From NCBI GenBank assembly GCA_965200315.1, contig OZ241362.1, positions 1,600,001 through 1,664,000 on the forward strand: 64,000 bases of DNA, written 5' to 3'. The notes under the pieces were generated by a model. The model did no database searches, was not told the DNA's origin, and was given only the letters and a program-made list of their open reading frames with translations. A program made the position numbers and the translations under genes. This document shows, in pieces, positions 27,617-37,923 of the stretch. The first letter of the stretch is position 1. Every line of letters begins with the position of its first letter. Source of the stretch: Candidatus Latescibacterota bacterium (GTDB lineage: Bacteria > Latescibacterota > UBA2968 > UBA8231).

Positions 27617-27702
27617 GAGTTTCGCTCCTCACAGCAGTAGGGTTGGATCGGAGATGTGGAAAGAAGTACGCAATTGGCACAGCAGGGGCAAGTTGCCGTT
27701 CC

Positions 27703-27731
27703 TCGACAGTTTTTGGCATCCCTTCTATATT
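27703..27731 (+). promoter_or_regulatory. Putative sigma-70 promoter of ddl
   Basis: TCGACA-17 bp-TATATT. Confidence 0.45.
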
Positions 27732-27773
27732 GTTAGAAGAGGCAACTTAACCTAACCGAAGGAACAGCAATAC

Positions 27774-28868
27774 ATGGGTCGCAAGATACGCCTCGGTGTG
27801 CTCTGCGGCGGGCGCTCGGCCGAGCACGAGGTCTCGGTCATCTCGGCGCGCTCGATGTTGGAAGCCATCGACAAGGACAAGTACGAACTAGTGATGATCG
27901 GCATCTCCAAAGAAGGACGCTGGCTGTCCGCCGCAGACACTCAGCAGCTTCTGGCGTCCGGTCAAGTCCACGAGGATGGGCTAACGCCGGTGGCGCTGGA
28001 CTATCTAGGAACGCGCACACTCGTGGCGCAGCAAGGCGATTGGCAGGACCAACCGCTCGACGCAATCTTCCCCCTCCTGCACGGCCCCTACGGCGAAGAC
28101 GGCACTGTGCAGGGCCTGATGGAACTAGCCAACATAGCGTATGTGGGGGCCGGGGTCGTCGGCTCGGCCGTGGGCATGGACAAGGAGCTGATGAAGCGGG
28201 TTTTCAAAGCCGAAGGGCTACCGCAAGTGGACTACCAGGTAGTGCGGCGCAGTCGGTGGGAAAAGGACCGCGCCGGGATGCACGCCGCGATCGAAGCCGC
28301 GCTGGCCTACCCCGTCTTCGTCAAGCCGGTGAATCTTGGTTCGAGCGTCGGGGTGAGCAAGGCCCGCAATGAGGCCGAATTGGAGCAGGCCATCGACAAA
28401 GCAGCGCAATACGACTACAAGATCGTGGTCGAGGCCGAAGCGAGCGGCTGCCGCGAGGTCGAAGTGGCTATCTTGGGCAACGAGTCGCCAGAAGCGTCCA
28501 TCACCGGTGAAATCGTACCGGGCAACGACTTTTACGACTACAACGCCAAATACATCGACGACAACTCCGATCTGATCATTCCGGCGCGCACCTCGCCAGC
28601 CACCCAAGAGGCCGTGCGCGAGCTGGGCATTCGGGCCTTTCAGGCGGTGGAAGCCTGGGGATTGGCGCGGGTGGATTTTTTCGTGCGCGAAAGCGACGAG
28701 GCGATTTTCATCAACGAGATCAACACCATGCCGGGGTTTACGCCCATCAGCATGTATCCCAAGCTGTGGGAGGCGAGCGGCGTGAGCTACGGGATGTTGA
28801 TCGACCGCTTGGTCCAGTTGGGGATCGAGCGGCACGAGGACAAGCAGAAGACGAAGACGGCGCGGTAA
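27774..28868 (+). CDS. ddl: D-alanine--D-alanine ligase
   Basis: GGRSAEHEVS, LHGPYGEDG, GSSVG, FYDYNAKY, NEINTMPGFT. Confidence 0.97.
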   Translation: MGRKIRLGVLCGGRSAEHEVSVISARSMLEAIDKDKYELVMIGISKEGRWLSAADTQQLLASGQVHEDGLTPVALDYLGTRTLVAQQGDWQDQPLDAIFPLLHGPYGEDGTVQGLMELANIAYVGAGVVGSAVGMDKELMKRVFKAEGLPQVDYQVVRRSRWEKDRAGMHAAIEAALAYPVFVKPVNLGSSVGVSKARNEAELEQAIDKAAQYDYKIVVEAEASGCREVEVAILGNESPEASITGEIVPGNDFYDYNAKYIDDNSDLIIPARTSPATQEAVRELGIRAFQAVEAWGLARVDFFVRESDEAIFINEINTMPGFTPISMYPKLWEASGVSYGMLIDRLVQLGIERHEDKQKTKTAR

Positions 28869-28872
28869 GTCC

Positions 28873-29580
28873 ATGCAGAAAACGCGGTGGGAAAAGGGCA
28901 ACGTCAGCAACCTAATTTCGTTTGCCCTGTTGGTGGCGGGCCTTTGGGGGCGCGTTGAGGGGATCGCTGGCAGCGAGTGGGTGCTAGCGGTTGGATTGTT
29001 TGGCTTTGCTGGCGGCGCGACCAACTGGTTGGCCGTGAAGATGCTCTTCGACCGCGTGCCTTTGCTGTACGGATCGGGGGTAATTCCGGCGCGATTTCGC
29101 GCCATCCGGGAAGCGGTCAAAGACGCCATCATGCGCTACTTCTTCGACGAGGAGTATCTAGAGCGATTCTTCGCCGAGCGGATGGCTGGAGACGATGTGG
29201 GGGAAAAGGTGCAAAAGGTGCTAGCGTCCGAAGAAGTTGACGCAATCATCGACCGCAAGCTCGAAGAGCTGGCCGAATCACCGCAAGGAATGATGCTTCA
29301 GTTGGTGGGGACGCAGACGGTCAAGCCGCTGGTCAAGCAGTTCGTGATCGGGTTCGGGAGCGAGATCGCGCCGCTTTTGGCCAGCGAAGCGGGCACAGAA
29401 GTCGGAGCGATGCGGACGCAGGTTGACGGATTGCTGGAGACCAAGTTAGAGGAGCTAACGCCCGACCGCGTCAAGGAGATGATGGAGGAAGTAATCCGCG
29501 AGCACTTGGGCTGGCTAATCGTCTGGGGCAATGTGTTCGGCGGCACTATTGGACTATTATCTAAAGCACTGGGGTATTGA
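28873..29580 (+). CDS. DUF445 family membrane protein
   Basis: GGATNWLAVKMLF, GSGVIP, HLGWLIVWGNVFGG. Confidence 0.8.
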   Translation: MQKTRWEKGNVSNLISFALLVAGLWGRVEGIAGSEWVLAVGLFGFAGGATNWLAVKMLFDRVPLLYGSGVIPARFRAIREAVKDAIMRYFFDEEYLERFFAERMAGDDVGEKVQKVLASEEVDAIIDRKLEELAESPQGMMLQLVGTQTVKPLVKQFVIGFGSEIAPLLASEAGTEVGAMRTQVDGLLETKLEELTPDRVKEMMEEVIREHLGWLIVWGNVFGGTIGLLSKALGY

Positions 29581-29582
29581 AA

Positions 29583-30389
29583 ATGAGTCAATGGAATCTA
29601 CAGGGCGAAGTGGCAGCGGTCATCGGCGGCACCGGCGTATTGGGCGGGGCAATGGTCCAAGGCTTGGCCAAGGCCGGAGCCTCCGTAGCAGTGTTGGGGC
29701 GAGATCACGCCCGGGGGAATAAACGAGTAGCAGCCATAGAAGCAGCAGGAGGCACGGGCGTTTTCGCCGCCTGCGACGCCACGGATAAGGCATCGCTCAA
29801 GGCAGCCCATGCAGCGGTGGTCGCGGCGTTAGGTCCCGTCAACGTGCTACTCAACGCCGCCGGTGGCAATCAGCCACAGGTGACCTTGAACGACGACCTA
29901 GATTTTGCCGCGATAACGACCGACGATTGGCAGCGCTGTTTCGACCTGAACTTGGGGGCCGGCGCGCTGTTACCCTGCCAAGAATTCGGATCGGCCATGG
30001 TCGCACGGGGCCGGGGCAGCATCATCAACATCGCTTCGGTCGCCGCCCACCTGCCGGTTTCGCGAGTGGTGGCATACTCCGCGGCCAAAGCGGCCGTATT
30101 GAACCTAACGCAGTTTCTCGCGCGGGAGTGGGCCGACAAAGGCGTACGGGTCAACTCCATCACTCCGGGCTTTTTCCCCGCCGAGCAAAACCGCCGCCTG
30201 CTCTTTGCAGAAGACGGCACCCCAACCGAGCGCGGCCAACAAATCCTCTCCCACACGCCCATGAACCGCTTTGGCCACCCCGAGGAACTAGTCGGCGCAG
30301 CCGTGTTCCTCGCGTCGGATGCGGCCAGCGGCTTCGTCACCGGCACGGACATCCGCGTTGACGGGGGGTTTTTGACGACGACGATCTAA
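29583..30389 (+). CDS. SDR oxidoreductase (gluconate 5-/mannonate dehydrogenase-like)
   Basis: GGTGVLG, NAAGGN, YSAAK, PGFFPAEQNR, VDGG. Confidence 0.9.
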   Translation: MSQWNLQGEVAAVIGGTGVLGGAMVQGLAKAGASVAVLGRDHARGNKRVAAIEAAGGTGVFAACDATDKASLKAAHAAVVAALGPVNVLLNAAGGNQPQVTLNDDLDFAAITTDDWQRCFDLNLGAGALLPCQEFGSAMVARGRGSIINIASVAAHLPVSRVVAYSAAKAAVLNLTQFLAREWADKGVRVNSITPGFFPAEQNRRLLFAEDGTPTERGQQILSHTPMNRFGHPEELVGAAVFLASDAASGFVTGTDIRVDGGFLTTTI

Positions 30390-30391
30390 AA

Positions 30392-30757
30392 TCAAATATC
30401 TTCGATGGCGTCTGGCTCAGGCATCTGTGCAAATTGGACGGCCTTGATAGTCGCAGTACCTTCGAGCAAGGCTCGAGCTAGACGGTGCCCGCCGTCCATC
30501 AGACGGCCGTTCTCGTTTATAACAACGGGGAATTCGGTGTTGGCCTCGTTGATCCGTTTGCAGTGAGCGGCCACCTCTCGGATGGTCGGCGGACGATTCG
30601 CACCAAACCAGCAGTTCTGGTCCAGTTCCTGAAAACTCTCCACCTCGACTGCAAATTCGGGTAGTTCTTGGGCTAGCTTCCATAGCCGGTCCGTGTACCA
30701 GATGTACCTCTTACCCTTGATTTCCGTCGAGTGGGTTTGTCGTCTATGCCTCTGCAA
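30392..30757 (-). CDS. Small ParB/sulfiredoxin-like hypothetical protein, probable gene cassette
   Basis: PVVINENGRLMDGGHRL; AAGGAG RBS before TTG. Confidence 0.6.
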   Translation of the reverse strand: MQRHRRQTHSTEIKGKRYIWYTDRLWKLAQELPEFAVEVESFQELDQNCWFGANRPPTIREVAAHCKRINEANTEFPVVINENGRLMDGGHRLARALLEGTATIKAVQFAQMPEPDAIEDI

Positions 30758-30779
30758 TGCTTCTCTCCTTTTGGCTTTC

Positions 30780-30832
30780 GCTTAACGTTCTCGGCACCCT
30801 CGAACCAAGGGTGCCGCGTTAGCTGAAGTTGA
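30780..30832 (-). other. attC-like recombination site between two cassette-like ORFs
   Basis: Minus strand AGCTAAC, hairpin CGGCACCCT-N7-AGGGTGCCG, then GTTAAGC; only 45 bp core to core. Confidence 0.45.
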
Positions 30833-30841
30833 TCTGTCTAG

Positions 30842-31456
30842 CTAATCAACGAGATGCTCCTTGATAGAGTCGAACCACTCTGCAAATGGTTCCTGCAATT
30901 GAGGATCTTCGGTCAACGGATGCCACATTAGGACAAACTTGTGGTGATCAGAAAAGACTTCCCACTCAAGCTCATCACTTGCCGTGCAACGCAATTGATA
31001 GTGCTTGCGCTCAACAGTGGTCGTCAGAGCATCTTCTGGTATCCAGCCAGTTATTTGAAACGAGATTCTATCCGAACCGAGCCGCTCTTTTTCCACATAA
31101 TTGATTTGTACAAAACCGTTTTCAGCCTCTCGTGTACCAACGCGAATACCTCTTCGAATTGTGACCCAATCGAAACTGCCAGTGTCTGGTCGAGAATATA
31201 CAGTGGAAGTCTTCTCGATGACGGCTGTGTTGGGAGGTAGCTTCTCCCGTTCCGACAAAAGTTCCGCGACAACATGCAGTGCGGCTAGGCCCGTTTCTTC
31301 GCGGGCCTCCCGGAGTGCCGCGGCGACAAAGGATTCTCCCTTTTCCACTGTCCCGGCAGGTATTTGATTGCCGGCGTAGGGGTGCTTTAGTAGGAGAACG
31401 TGCTTTCGACTGTCCAAGCTACGCGTTATAAAACAAGTGACCTTGCCCAGCGACAT
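30842..31456 (-). CDS. NUDIX hydrolase, low GC, probable gene cassette
   Basis: Nudix box GTVEKGESFVAAALREAREETG; sampled line 31021-31080 is 45% GC. Confidence 0.85.
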   Translation of the reverse strand: MSLGKVTCFITRSLDSRKHVLLLKHPYAGNQIPAGTVEKGESFVAAALREAREETGLAALHVVAELLSEREKLPPNTAVIEKTSTVYSRPDTGSFDWVTIRRGIRVGTREAENGFVQINYVEKERLGSDRISFQITGWIPEDALTTTVERKHYQLRCTASDELEWEVFSDHHKFVLMWHPLTEDPQLQEPFAEWFDSIKEHLVD

Positions 31457-31515
31457 ATCACATTATTCTCTGCATTCCTGATTCAATTTCAGCTAACTAT
31501 TTGTATCCGAACAAG

Positions 31516-31550
31516 TCCGCGTTGACGGGGGATTTTTGCCGACGATCTAA
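31516..31550 (+). repeat. Displaced duplicate of the SDR gene 3' end
   Basis: TCCGCGTTGACGGGGGATTTTTGCCGACGATCTAA versus 30352-30389 (2 substitutions, one 3-bp indel). Confidence 0.85.
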
Positions 31551-31553
31551 CGC

Positions 31554-32795
31554 CTATTTCCACAGCAGGCGGAGGTAAAACAGCGGATTGGTCAGCATCT
31601 TGCGCGGCACGGCGTCGGCCATCATGCCGCAGATCAGGTCGCTGACCTCGGCATTTTTGGCGGCCTTGCGAATGACCAAATTCATCAAGTAGGGCCAGCG
31701 GCCCAAATGGTGCAGCTTGGTGCTCAGCTTCAGTTCGCTGCCCAGCGCATTCCACAGCCGATCCTCATAGCACCGCAAAAAGCCAGCCGAATAATCCCCG
31801 GCCTCCCGGGCTTGAGCCGCAGTCCCTACGGCAAAACGGGCCGAGTACACGGCATTGCCAATGCCCTCGCCCGTGAACGGGTCGATCAAACCGGCTGCGT
31901 CGCCCAAGAGCAGAAAGCCATTCCCGTGCGCTAGTCGCCGCCGCGAGCCAACCGGCAAATTCCAACCGACCGGAGCCTCAAGAGGGCGGGCGTCGCGGAA
32001 GCGCGCACCAAAAGTCGTGCTCGCCACCGCGGCTGCAAGCGCATCCTTGAGGTCGATGCCGCGCCCCTTGATGTATTGGTGATCCATGCCGATACCGACA
32101 TTGGCGCGATTGCCCTCTAAAGGAAAGATCCAAAAATACCCAGGTCGCACTTCGTCTATAAAGTGCAATTCGATCTGATCGCTCAGGCCCGTCACGCCCT
32201 CAAAGTACTGCCGCAGAGCCACCATCCAGTCGCGGCTCTCGTGGCGGTACAACCCGCTCTTGCGGGCGACGATCGAATTAAAACCATCGCACCCCAACAC
32301 CAAAGGCGCGCGAAATTCCAAGCGCGTGCCGTCCGCGGTACGCCCCTGCACCCCACAGACCTGTTCGCCTTCTCTCAGCAGCTCGCGCACGACAAAACCC
32401 TCTAAAGTGTGGGCTGCCGCGGCCCGCGCTTTACTAAAGAGAAAGTCGTCGAAAACCTCGCGGCGGATGACAAAGCCCTCCATCGGCAGCACCCGGCCGG
32501 TCAGGGCGTTGTGCAGATCGTAGCGGCTCAGATCGATGGACGCGGCAGTTGTGTCCGGGCTGCCGAAGACAATGCGGGCAATGGCCGCCCCAGGCAGGTT
32601 GCACACCTCCTCAAACAGCCCCAGTTCGTGGAGGATGGCCACCGTCTTGCCAGAGAGGGCGTCGCCGCAGATCTTGTCGCGGGGGAAGCACTGCTTGTCC
32701 AGCAGCAGAGCCGCCAACCCGTGGCGCTGCGCATACAGCGCGGCCGTGGCACCGGCCGGACCGCCGCCGACGATGATGAGGTCGTAGGTTTGCAT
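31554..32795 (-). CDS. Geranylgeranyl reductase family FAD oxidoreductase
   Basis: GGGPAG, FPRDKICGD, GYFWIFP, GDAAGLIDPFTGEGI. Confidence 0.9.
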   Translation of the reverse strand: MQTYDLIIVGGGPAGATAALYAQRHGLAALLLDKQCFPRDKICGDALSGKTVAILHELGLFEEVCNLPGAAIARIVFGSPDTTAASIDLSRYDLHNALTGRVLPMEGFVIRREVFDDFLFSKARAAAAHTLEGFVVRELLREGEQVCGVQGRTADGTRLEFRAPLVLGCDGFNSIVARKSGLYRHESRDWMVALRQYFEGVTGLSDQIELHFIDEVRPGYFWIFPLEGNRANVGIGMDHQYIKGRGIDLKDALAAAVASTTFGARFRDARPLEAPVGWNLPVGSRRRLAHGNGFLLLGDAAGLIDPFTGEGIGNAVYSARFAVGTAAQAREAGDYSAGFLRCYEDRLWNALGSELKLSTKLHHLGRWPYLMNLVIRKAAKNAEVSDLICGMMADAVPRKMLTNPLFYLRLLWK

Positions 32796-32915
32796 GTGGC
32801 CAGAAAATAGCTCGTCCGGCCTGCACTACAAGGACGCGAGCCGAATTTGCTTTGTAGGTGATCTTCCTTACATTTTTGGGTTTGTCAATGCAAACACCAA
32901 AGGAGTTGCAACAAG

Positions 32916-34826
32916 ATGTCCGAAGACGTCCAAACCGAAGATCCACAGGTTGAAAAAAGGGCTTTCCAAACCGAGGTCCAACAGCTACTCCACCTGTTGG
33001 TTCACTCGCTGTACACCCAAAAAGAAATTTTCTTGCGCGAGCTAATTTCCAACGCCTCGGACGCCCTAGACAAAATCCACCACCGCTCGCTGACCGATCG
33101 CAACATCCGCGACCCAGACGCCGAGTTGGACATTGAGATCGAGGTGTCGGGCAGCAACAAGACCCTGACGATCCGCGACCGGGGGATCGGCATGACCCGC
33201 GAAGAGGTCGAAAGTAACATCGGCACCATCGCCCGCTCCGGCTCGGCCGAATTTGCCAAACAACTAGCCGATGCCGACGATGAGCAAGAAAAGCTCAAAC
33301 TGATCGGCCAGTTTGGGGTGGGATTCTACTCGGTCTTCATGGTCGCCGACCGAGTGGTGCTCACCACGCACTCGGCCGACCTAGATGCCGAGGCCGTGCT
33401 GTGGGAATCCACCGGCGATGGCACGTACACTTTGGCCAATGCCGACAAAGCGGACCGAGGCACGGAAATCAAAATCTACATCCGCTCGGACTGCGAGGAA
33501 TTCCTCGACGCCCACCGATTAGAAGCGATTATCCGCAAGCACTCCGACTTCGTGTCCTATCCCATCAAGGTCGCCGGCAAGCAGGTCAACGACACGGCCG
33601 CGCTGTGGACCCGACCGCGCAACGAAATTACCGCCGAGCAGTACCACGAGTTTTACACCCATCTAACCGGCGACCCGGACGAGCCGTTGGCGCACGAGCA
33701 CGTAATCGTCGATGTGCCGATTCAGTTTTACGCCGTACTCTACATTCCCAAGCACTCGCCGACGCCGTGGCTGGTCAATTCAGAGCCGAAAATCTCGCTC
33801 AATCTGCACGTCAAGCGGGTCTTTATCCAAGACGACTGCAAGGACCTGCTGCCGCTGTGGCTGCGCTTTGTGCGCGGGGTGGTTGACTGCGACGATCTGC
33901 CGCTCAATGTCTCGCGCGAGACCCTGCAACAAAACCCGATTATCGCCAAAATCCGCGCCACCTTGGTGCGGCGGATCATCGGCATGATCGAGGGCGTGGC
34001 TAAAAAAGATGAGGAACAGTACCTGACGTTCTGGCGCACTTGTGGCGCAGTGCTCAAGGAAGGGGTGGCCATGGAGGTCGAGCACAAGGGGTCGCTCGCC
34101 AAGCTCCTGCGCTTCCACTCCTCGCTAGAAGATGACCTCAACACCTACGTCTCATTGCAGACCTATATTGACCGGATGCAGAGCGAGCAAGAAAAAATTT
34201 ACTACCTAGCCGGCGAGAGCAAGGAATCCATCGCCCAGAGTCCGCTGTTAGAAACCTTCCGCAAGCGCAGCTTGGAGGTCCTCTACATGGATGAGCCGGT
34301 CGATGAGTGGGTAGTCCACGGCCTGCAAAAATTCGCCGACAAGGAATTTCAGGCTGTTGACGCGGCAGACCTCGACTTGGGTGCCGACGCGGATGAGGTC
34401 CAGCTCGCCGGCGCTGATGAGGAGCACAAAGCCGCGACCATCGAGTTGATTAGCTTCCTCAAAAAGCAACTCGAAGGCCGGGTCGCAGACGTGGTCGAGT
34501 CCAAGCGACTGACCGACAGCCCTTGCGTCTTGGTCGCTCCGCAGGGCGGCCTGAGCCAGAACATGGAGCGGCTGATGAAGCTGACCGACCGCGAGTTCAA
34601 GGGCCATCTGCGGCTTCTGGAGATCAACCCCAAACACGAAATCATCCGCAACATGGCCGCGGTGCTCAAGCGCGACCGCGACTCCGCGCAACTAGAAAAT
34701 TGGGCGCATTTTCTGGTTGATTTCGTCTTGCTGGGCGAGGGCACAGTCGCAGACCCACAGCGGCTGAGCCAAAGCTTGCAGTCCATTATGGGCGCGGCCA
34801 CCGCACACGCCGCCGAGGAGAGTTAG
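32916..34826 (+). CDS. htpG: Chaperone HtpG (Hsp90)
   Basis: EIFLRELISNASDALDK, IGQFGVGFYS, LPLNVSRETLQ. Confidence 0.97.
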   Translation: MSEDVQTEDPQVEKRAFQTEVQQLLHLLVHSLYTQKEIFLRELISNASDALDKIHHRSLTDRNIRDPDAELDIEIEVSGSNKTLTIRDRGIGMTREEVESNIGTIARSGSAEFAKQLADADDEQEKLKLIGQFGVGFYSVFMVADRVVLTTHSADLDAEAVLWESTGDGTYTLANADKADRGTEIKIYIRSDCEEFLDAHRLEAIIRKHSDFVSYPIKVAGKQVNDTAALWTRPRNEITAEQYHEFYTHLTGDPDEPLAHEHVIVDVPIQFYAVLYIPKHSPTPWLVNSEPKISLNLHVKRVFIQDDCKDLLPLWLRFVRGVVDCDDLPLNVSRETLQQNPIIAKIRATLVRRIIGMIEGVAKKDEEQYLTFWRTCGAVLKEGVAMEVEHKGSLAKLLRFHSSLEDDLNTYVSLQTYIDRMQSEQEKIYYLAGESKESIAQSPLLETFRKRSLEVLYMDEPVDEWVVHGLQKFADKEFQAVDAADLDLGADADEVQLAGADEEHKAATIELISFLKKQLEGRVADVVESKRLTDSPCVLVAPQGGLSQNMERLMKLTDREFKGHLRLLEINPKHEIIRNMAAVLKRDRDSAQLENWAHFLVDFVLLGEGTVADPQRLSQSLQSIMGAATAHAAEES

Positions 34827-34828
34827 AC

Positions 34829-36142
34829 ATGTCCGATCAAGTGCGCGAACAAGCCCTAGCCGCCCGCGCTGCGTCGCGCGTCCTCACCGCCACCTCTGAG
34901 GAGGAGCGCAACCAAGCCCTCGAAGCCATTGCTGCGGCCCTCGAAACCAATCGCGAACGCATCTTGGCAGCCAACGCCGAAGACCTAAAAGCCGGCGAGC
35001 AAGATGGGCTGGCCTCGCCCTTGCTCAAGCGGCTCGACCTGAGCGGGCGCAAATTCGCCAACACTGTCGCCATGGTGCGCGACGTATGCACTCAGCCCGA
35101 TCCCCTCGGCCAGACCCAGAGCGCGACCGAGCTCGACGACCAGCTCCATCTCTACCGCGTGACCGTGCCCATCGGCGTGATTGGCGTGATCTTTGAATCC
35201 CGGCCCGACGCCTTGGTACAAATAGCCTCCCTATGCCTCAAGTCTGGCAATGCCGCCCTGCTCAAGGGAGGGCGCGAGGCCACCGCAACCAATCAGACGC
35301 TCGCTGCGGTGATGTGCCAAGCCACGCATGGCATCCTGCCAGAGGGGTGGATGGCCCTCTTGCCCGGCCGCGAAGAAGTTCGCGCCCTCCTCGGCGAGGA
35401 GGACCTAATTGACCTAATCATCCCGCGCGGCAGCAACGAGTTTGTGCAATACATCATGCACAACACCAAAATTCCGGTCATGGGCCACGCCGACGGGATC
35501 TGCCACGTGTACGTCGATGCCAGCGCAGACCTCGACAAGGCCGTGCAGATCGCCGTCGATGCCAAGACTCAGTACGTGGCCGTGTGCAACGCAGCCGAGA
35601 CCCTGCTCGTCCACAGTAGCATTGCCGCGGCCTTCTTGCAGCGGGCGGTGCCAGCACTGCTCGCAAGGAACGTGGAGCTGCGCGGCGACGAGCGCACCCG
35701 CGCCCTTGCCAACGCCAACGGGCAAGTCAAACCGGCCACCGAGTCCGACTGGTCCACCGAATACTTGGACTTGATGCTAGCGGTAAAAGTCGTCGATAGC
35801 ATGGCCGAGGCCATCAAGCACATCAACGCGTACGGCAGCCACCACACCGACGCGATCGCAACCGAGGACCCAGAGGCGGCGCACACCTTTTTGCGCGAGG
35901 TGGATTCGGCCTCGGTGATTCACAATGCTTCGACGCGCTTTGCCGATGGCTTCAAATACGGGCTAGGGGCCGAGGTCGGCATCAGCACCAACCGCCTGCA
36001 CAGCCGCGGCCCGGTGGGGTTGGAGGGCCTCGTCATCTACAAGTACATTCTCCAAGGGGACGGCCACATCGTCGATACGTACGACGGCCAACAGCAGCGC
36101 CCCTTCACCCATCGCCCCCTCGACCAACACTGGCATGCCTAA
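34829..36142 (+). CDS. proA: Gamma-glutamyl phosphate reductase
   Basis: [38 protein letters not shown]. Confidence 0.97.
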   Translation: MSDQVREQALAARAASRVLTATSEEERNQALEAIAAALETNRERILAANAEDLKAGEQDGLASPLLKRLDLSGRKFANTVAMVRDVCTQPDPLGQTQSATELDDQLHLYRVTVPIGVIGVIFESRPDALVQIASLCLKSGNAALLKGGREATATNQTLAAVMCQATHGILPEGWMALLPGREEVRALLGEEDLIDLIIPRGSNEFVQYIMHNTKIPVMGHADGICHVYVDASADLDKAVQIAVDAKTQYVAVCNAAETLLVHSSIAAAFLQRAVPALLARNVELRGDERTRALANANGQVKPATESDWSTEYLDLMLAVKVVDSMAEAIKHINAYGSHHTDAIATEDPEAAHTFLREVDSASVIHNASTRFADGFKYGLGAEVGISTNRLHSRGPVGLEGLVIYKYILQGDGHIVDTYDGQQQRPFTHRPLDQHWHA

Positions 36143-36143
36143 C

Positions 36144-36500
36144 ATGAGCGAGCACACCACGGATTCGACCTACACTCCGGTAGAGCACCACATCTTTCTC
36201 TGCGCCACCCCCACCAAGCCCAAGTGCCACAACGACGGCCGCGGAGCCGAGTGCTGGGAATACCTCAAGAAGCGATTGTCCGAATTGGGCTATGGCCATC
36301 CGGGCAAGGGCGGCATCCACCGCACCAAGGCCGACTGCCTGCGAGTCTGCGAGTCCGGGCCAACGGTCGTGGTGTATCCCGAGGGCGTCTGGTACCACTC
36401 CATGACCGTTGAAAAGCTGGAGCGCATCATCCAAGAGCACTTGCTCGGCGGGCAGGTCGTAGAAGAGTTGGTCAATAAGGAACCGTTCCGCAGCCTGTAG
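36144..36500 (+). CDS. Thioredoxin-like (2Fe-2S) ferredoxin
   Basis: HIFLC...[22 protein letters not shown]. Confidence 0.88.
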   Translation: MSEHTTDSTYTPVEHHIFLCATPTKPKCHNDGRGAECWEYLKKRLSELGYGHPGKGGIHRTKADCLRVCESGPTVVVYPEGVWYHSMTVEKLERIIQEHLLGGQVVEELVNKEPFRSL

Positions 36501-36519
36501 CAGCCGGCCGCAAAAGCGC

Positions 36520-37701
36520 ATGGCAAAATCCAAATCCAGACACATCGATCTCGAGATCAAGGACGCCAGCCTGATCTTCAACCGCGTCTGGAGCGACCTA
36601 GAGCAAGAGTTTGGTCGCGCCAAGCTCTGCTTCCCCGGAGAAATCATCTGGCTCGGCGGCGCCCCCGGCGCTGGCAAGGGCACCAATACCCCCTTCATCC
36701 TCAAAGCGCGGGGCATTACGGCCGCAGCCGTAGTGATCAGTGACTTGCTCGACAGCCCCCGAGCCCAACAGATCAAAACCGCCGGCGGCTTAGTCGGCGA
36801 CGAGGAAGTCACCTACCTGCTCTTGCACAAGCTGCTCGACTCGATATACGAGCGCGGCGTAATCGTCGATGGCTTCCCGCGCACTCAAGTGCAGGTCGAG
36901 TGCCTCAAGCTGTTTTACGATAAGATGACCGAACTGCGCGAGGAATTCCGCGACCACAACTTCCCGCGCCCCCTCTTCCGCACCGTGTTGCTCTTCGTCG
37001 ATGAAGAAGTCAGCGTCGAGCGTCAGCTCCACCGCGGGCGGGAGGCTCAAGAGCACAACCGCAAGGTCGCGGAGTCGGAGGTCGGCCAACTCGCCGAGAT
37101 CCGCGCCACCGATCTCGACCCGGCGGCGGCGCGCAAGCGCTATCAAGTTTTTAAGGAGACGACCTTTGAGGCGCTGCGCTCGCTGCGCGCCATTTTCCAC
37201 TTTCGCTTCATCGACGCTGGCCAGCCGCTCTCCAAGGTGCAACAGGAGATCGAGGAGGAGTTTTCCTATCAGAGTTCGCTGGAGCTTCAGCACAACACCT
37301 TCGACCTCATCCGCACCATTACGCCGGCCAGCCGCCTCGTGCTCTACGCCCGCCAAGAGCTGGTCAAGCGGCTGGAGATCTACAATGAGGATCATCCCGC
37401 GCTCTTCCAGCGGGTCATCGACAAAATCAACTCCAAGTTCATACCCATTGTCACGCGCTATGCCATTACCGGCATGACGCTCGTCAATTCCGAGGACGCG
37501 CTCTTTGACGATCCTTTGGCCTTGGCCATGCTGATCGACATCTTTTCCGAGCGCGGCTACCAAGCCCTCGTCGACGTCAACCGCATCGAGGTCCCCCACC
37601 GCATCGACCCCCACACGCACGAAATCACCTGCCAGCAAAAGCGCGTCTATCGCTTTCAGATTCGCTTTGCGGCCTCGGCCATCCGGCGTGGGAACGACTA
37701 G
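36520..37701 (+). CDS. Adenylate kinase-family protein, long form
   Basis: P-loop GGAPGAGKGT, GGLVGD, VDGFPRT. Confidence 0.8.
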   Translation: MAKSKSRHIDLEIKDASLIFNRVWSDLEQEFGRAKLCFPGEIIWLGGAPGAGKGTNTPFILKARGITAAAVVISDLLDSPRAQQIKTAGGLVGDEEVTYLLLHKLLDSIYERGVIVDGFPRTQVQVECLKLFYDKMTELREEFRDHNFPRPLFRTVLLFVDEEVSVERQLHRGREAQEHNRKVAESEVGQLAEIRATDLDPAAARKRYQVFKETTFEALRSLRAIFHFRFIDAGQPLSKVQQEIEEEFSYQSSLELQHNTFDLIRTITPASRLVLYARQELVKRLEIYNEDHPALFQRVIDKINSKFIPIVTRYAITGMTLVNSEDALFDDPLALAMLIDIFSERGYQALVDVNRIEVPHRIDPHTHEITCQQKRVYRFQIRFAASAIRRGND

Positions 37702-37708
37702 GTCTCCC

Positions 37709-37847
37709 ATAGCCGTCCTACATCATTCCCACGATAGGGCGGCCTAAGCGTCCAGCGTTTTTCGAGGGCATCCTGCCCTCAACCCCAGCCGTGTTGCGCC
37801 GCGTCAGAGACCTCCTTCACGCCCCGCAACTCAGGTAGGATGGCTAT
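37709..37847. mobile_element. MITE with IS630-like ends and internal REP-like hairpin
   Basis: TIR ATAGCCGTCCTAC / GTAGGATGGCTAT (12/13); relative at 40299-40436. Confidence 0.6.
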
Positions 37848-37923
37848 AAGACCCTCCATCGCCGGAAATGCAGCGGACCGAGCGGCCGGAGCCGACGGGA
37901 CGCGGTATCTGCTGAGATACTAA

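Noticed and set aside
27675-27690. TGGCAC upstream of ddl as a third sigma-54 promoter
   Set aside because: The -12 element reads GGGCA rather than TTGC, and the module's upstream blocks are absent.
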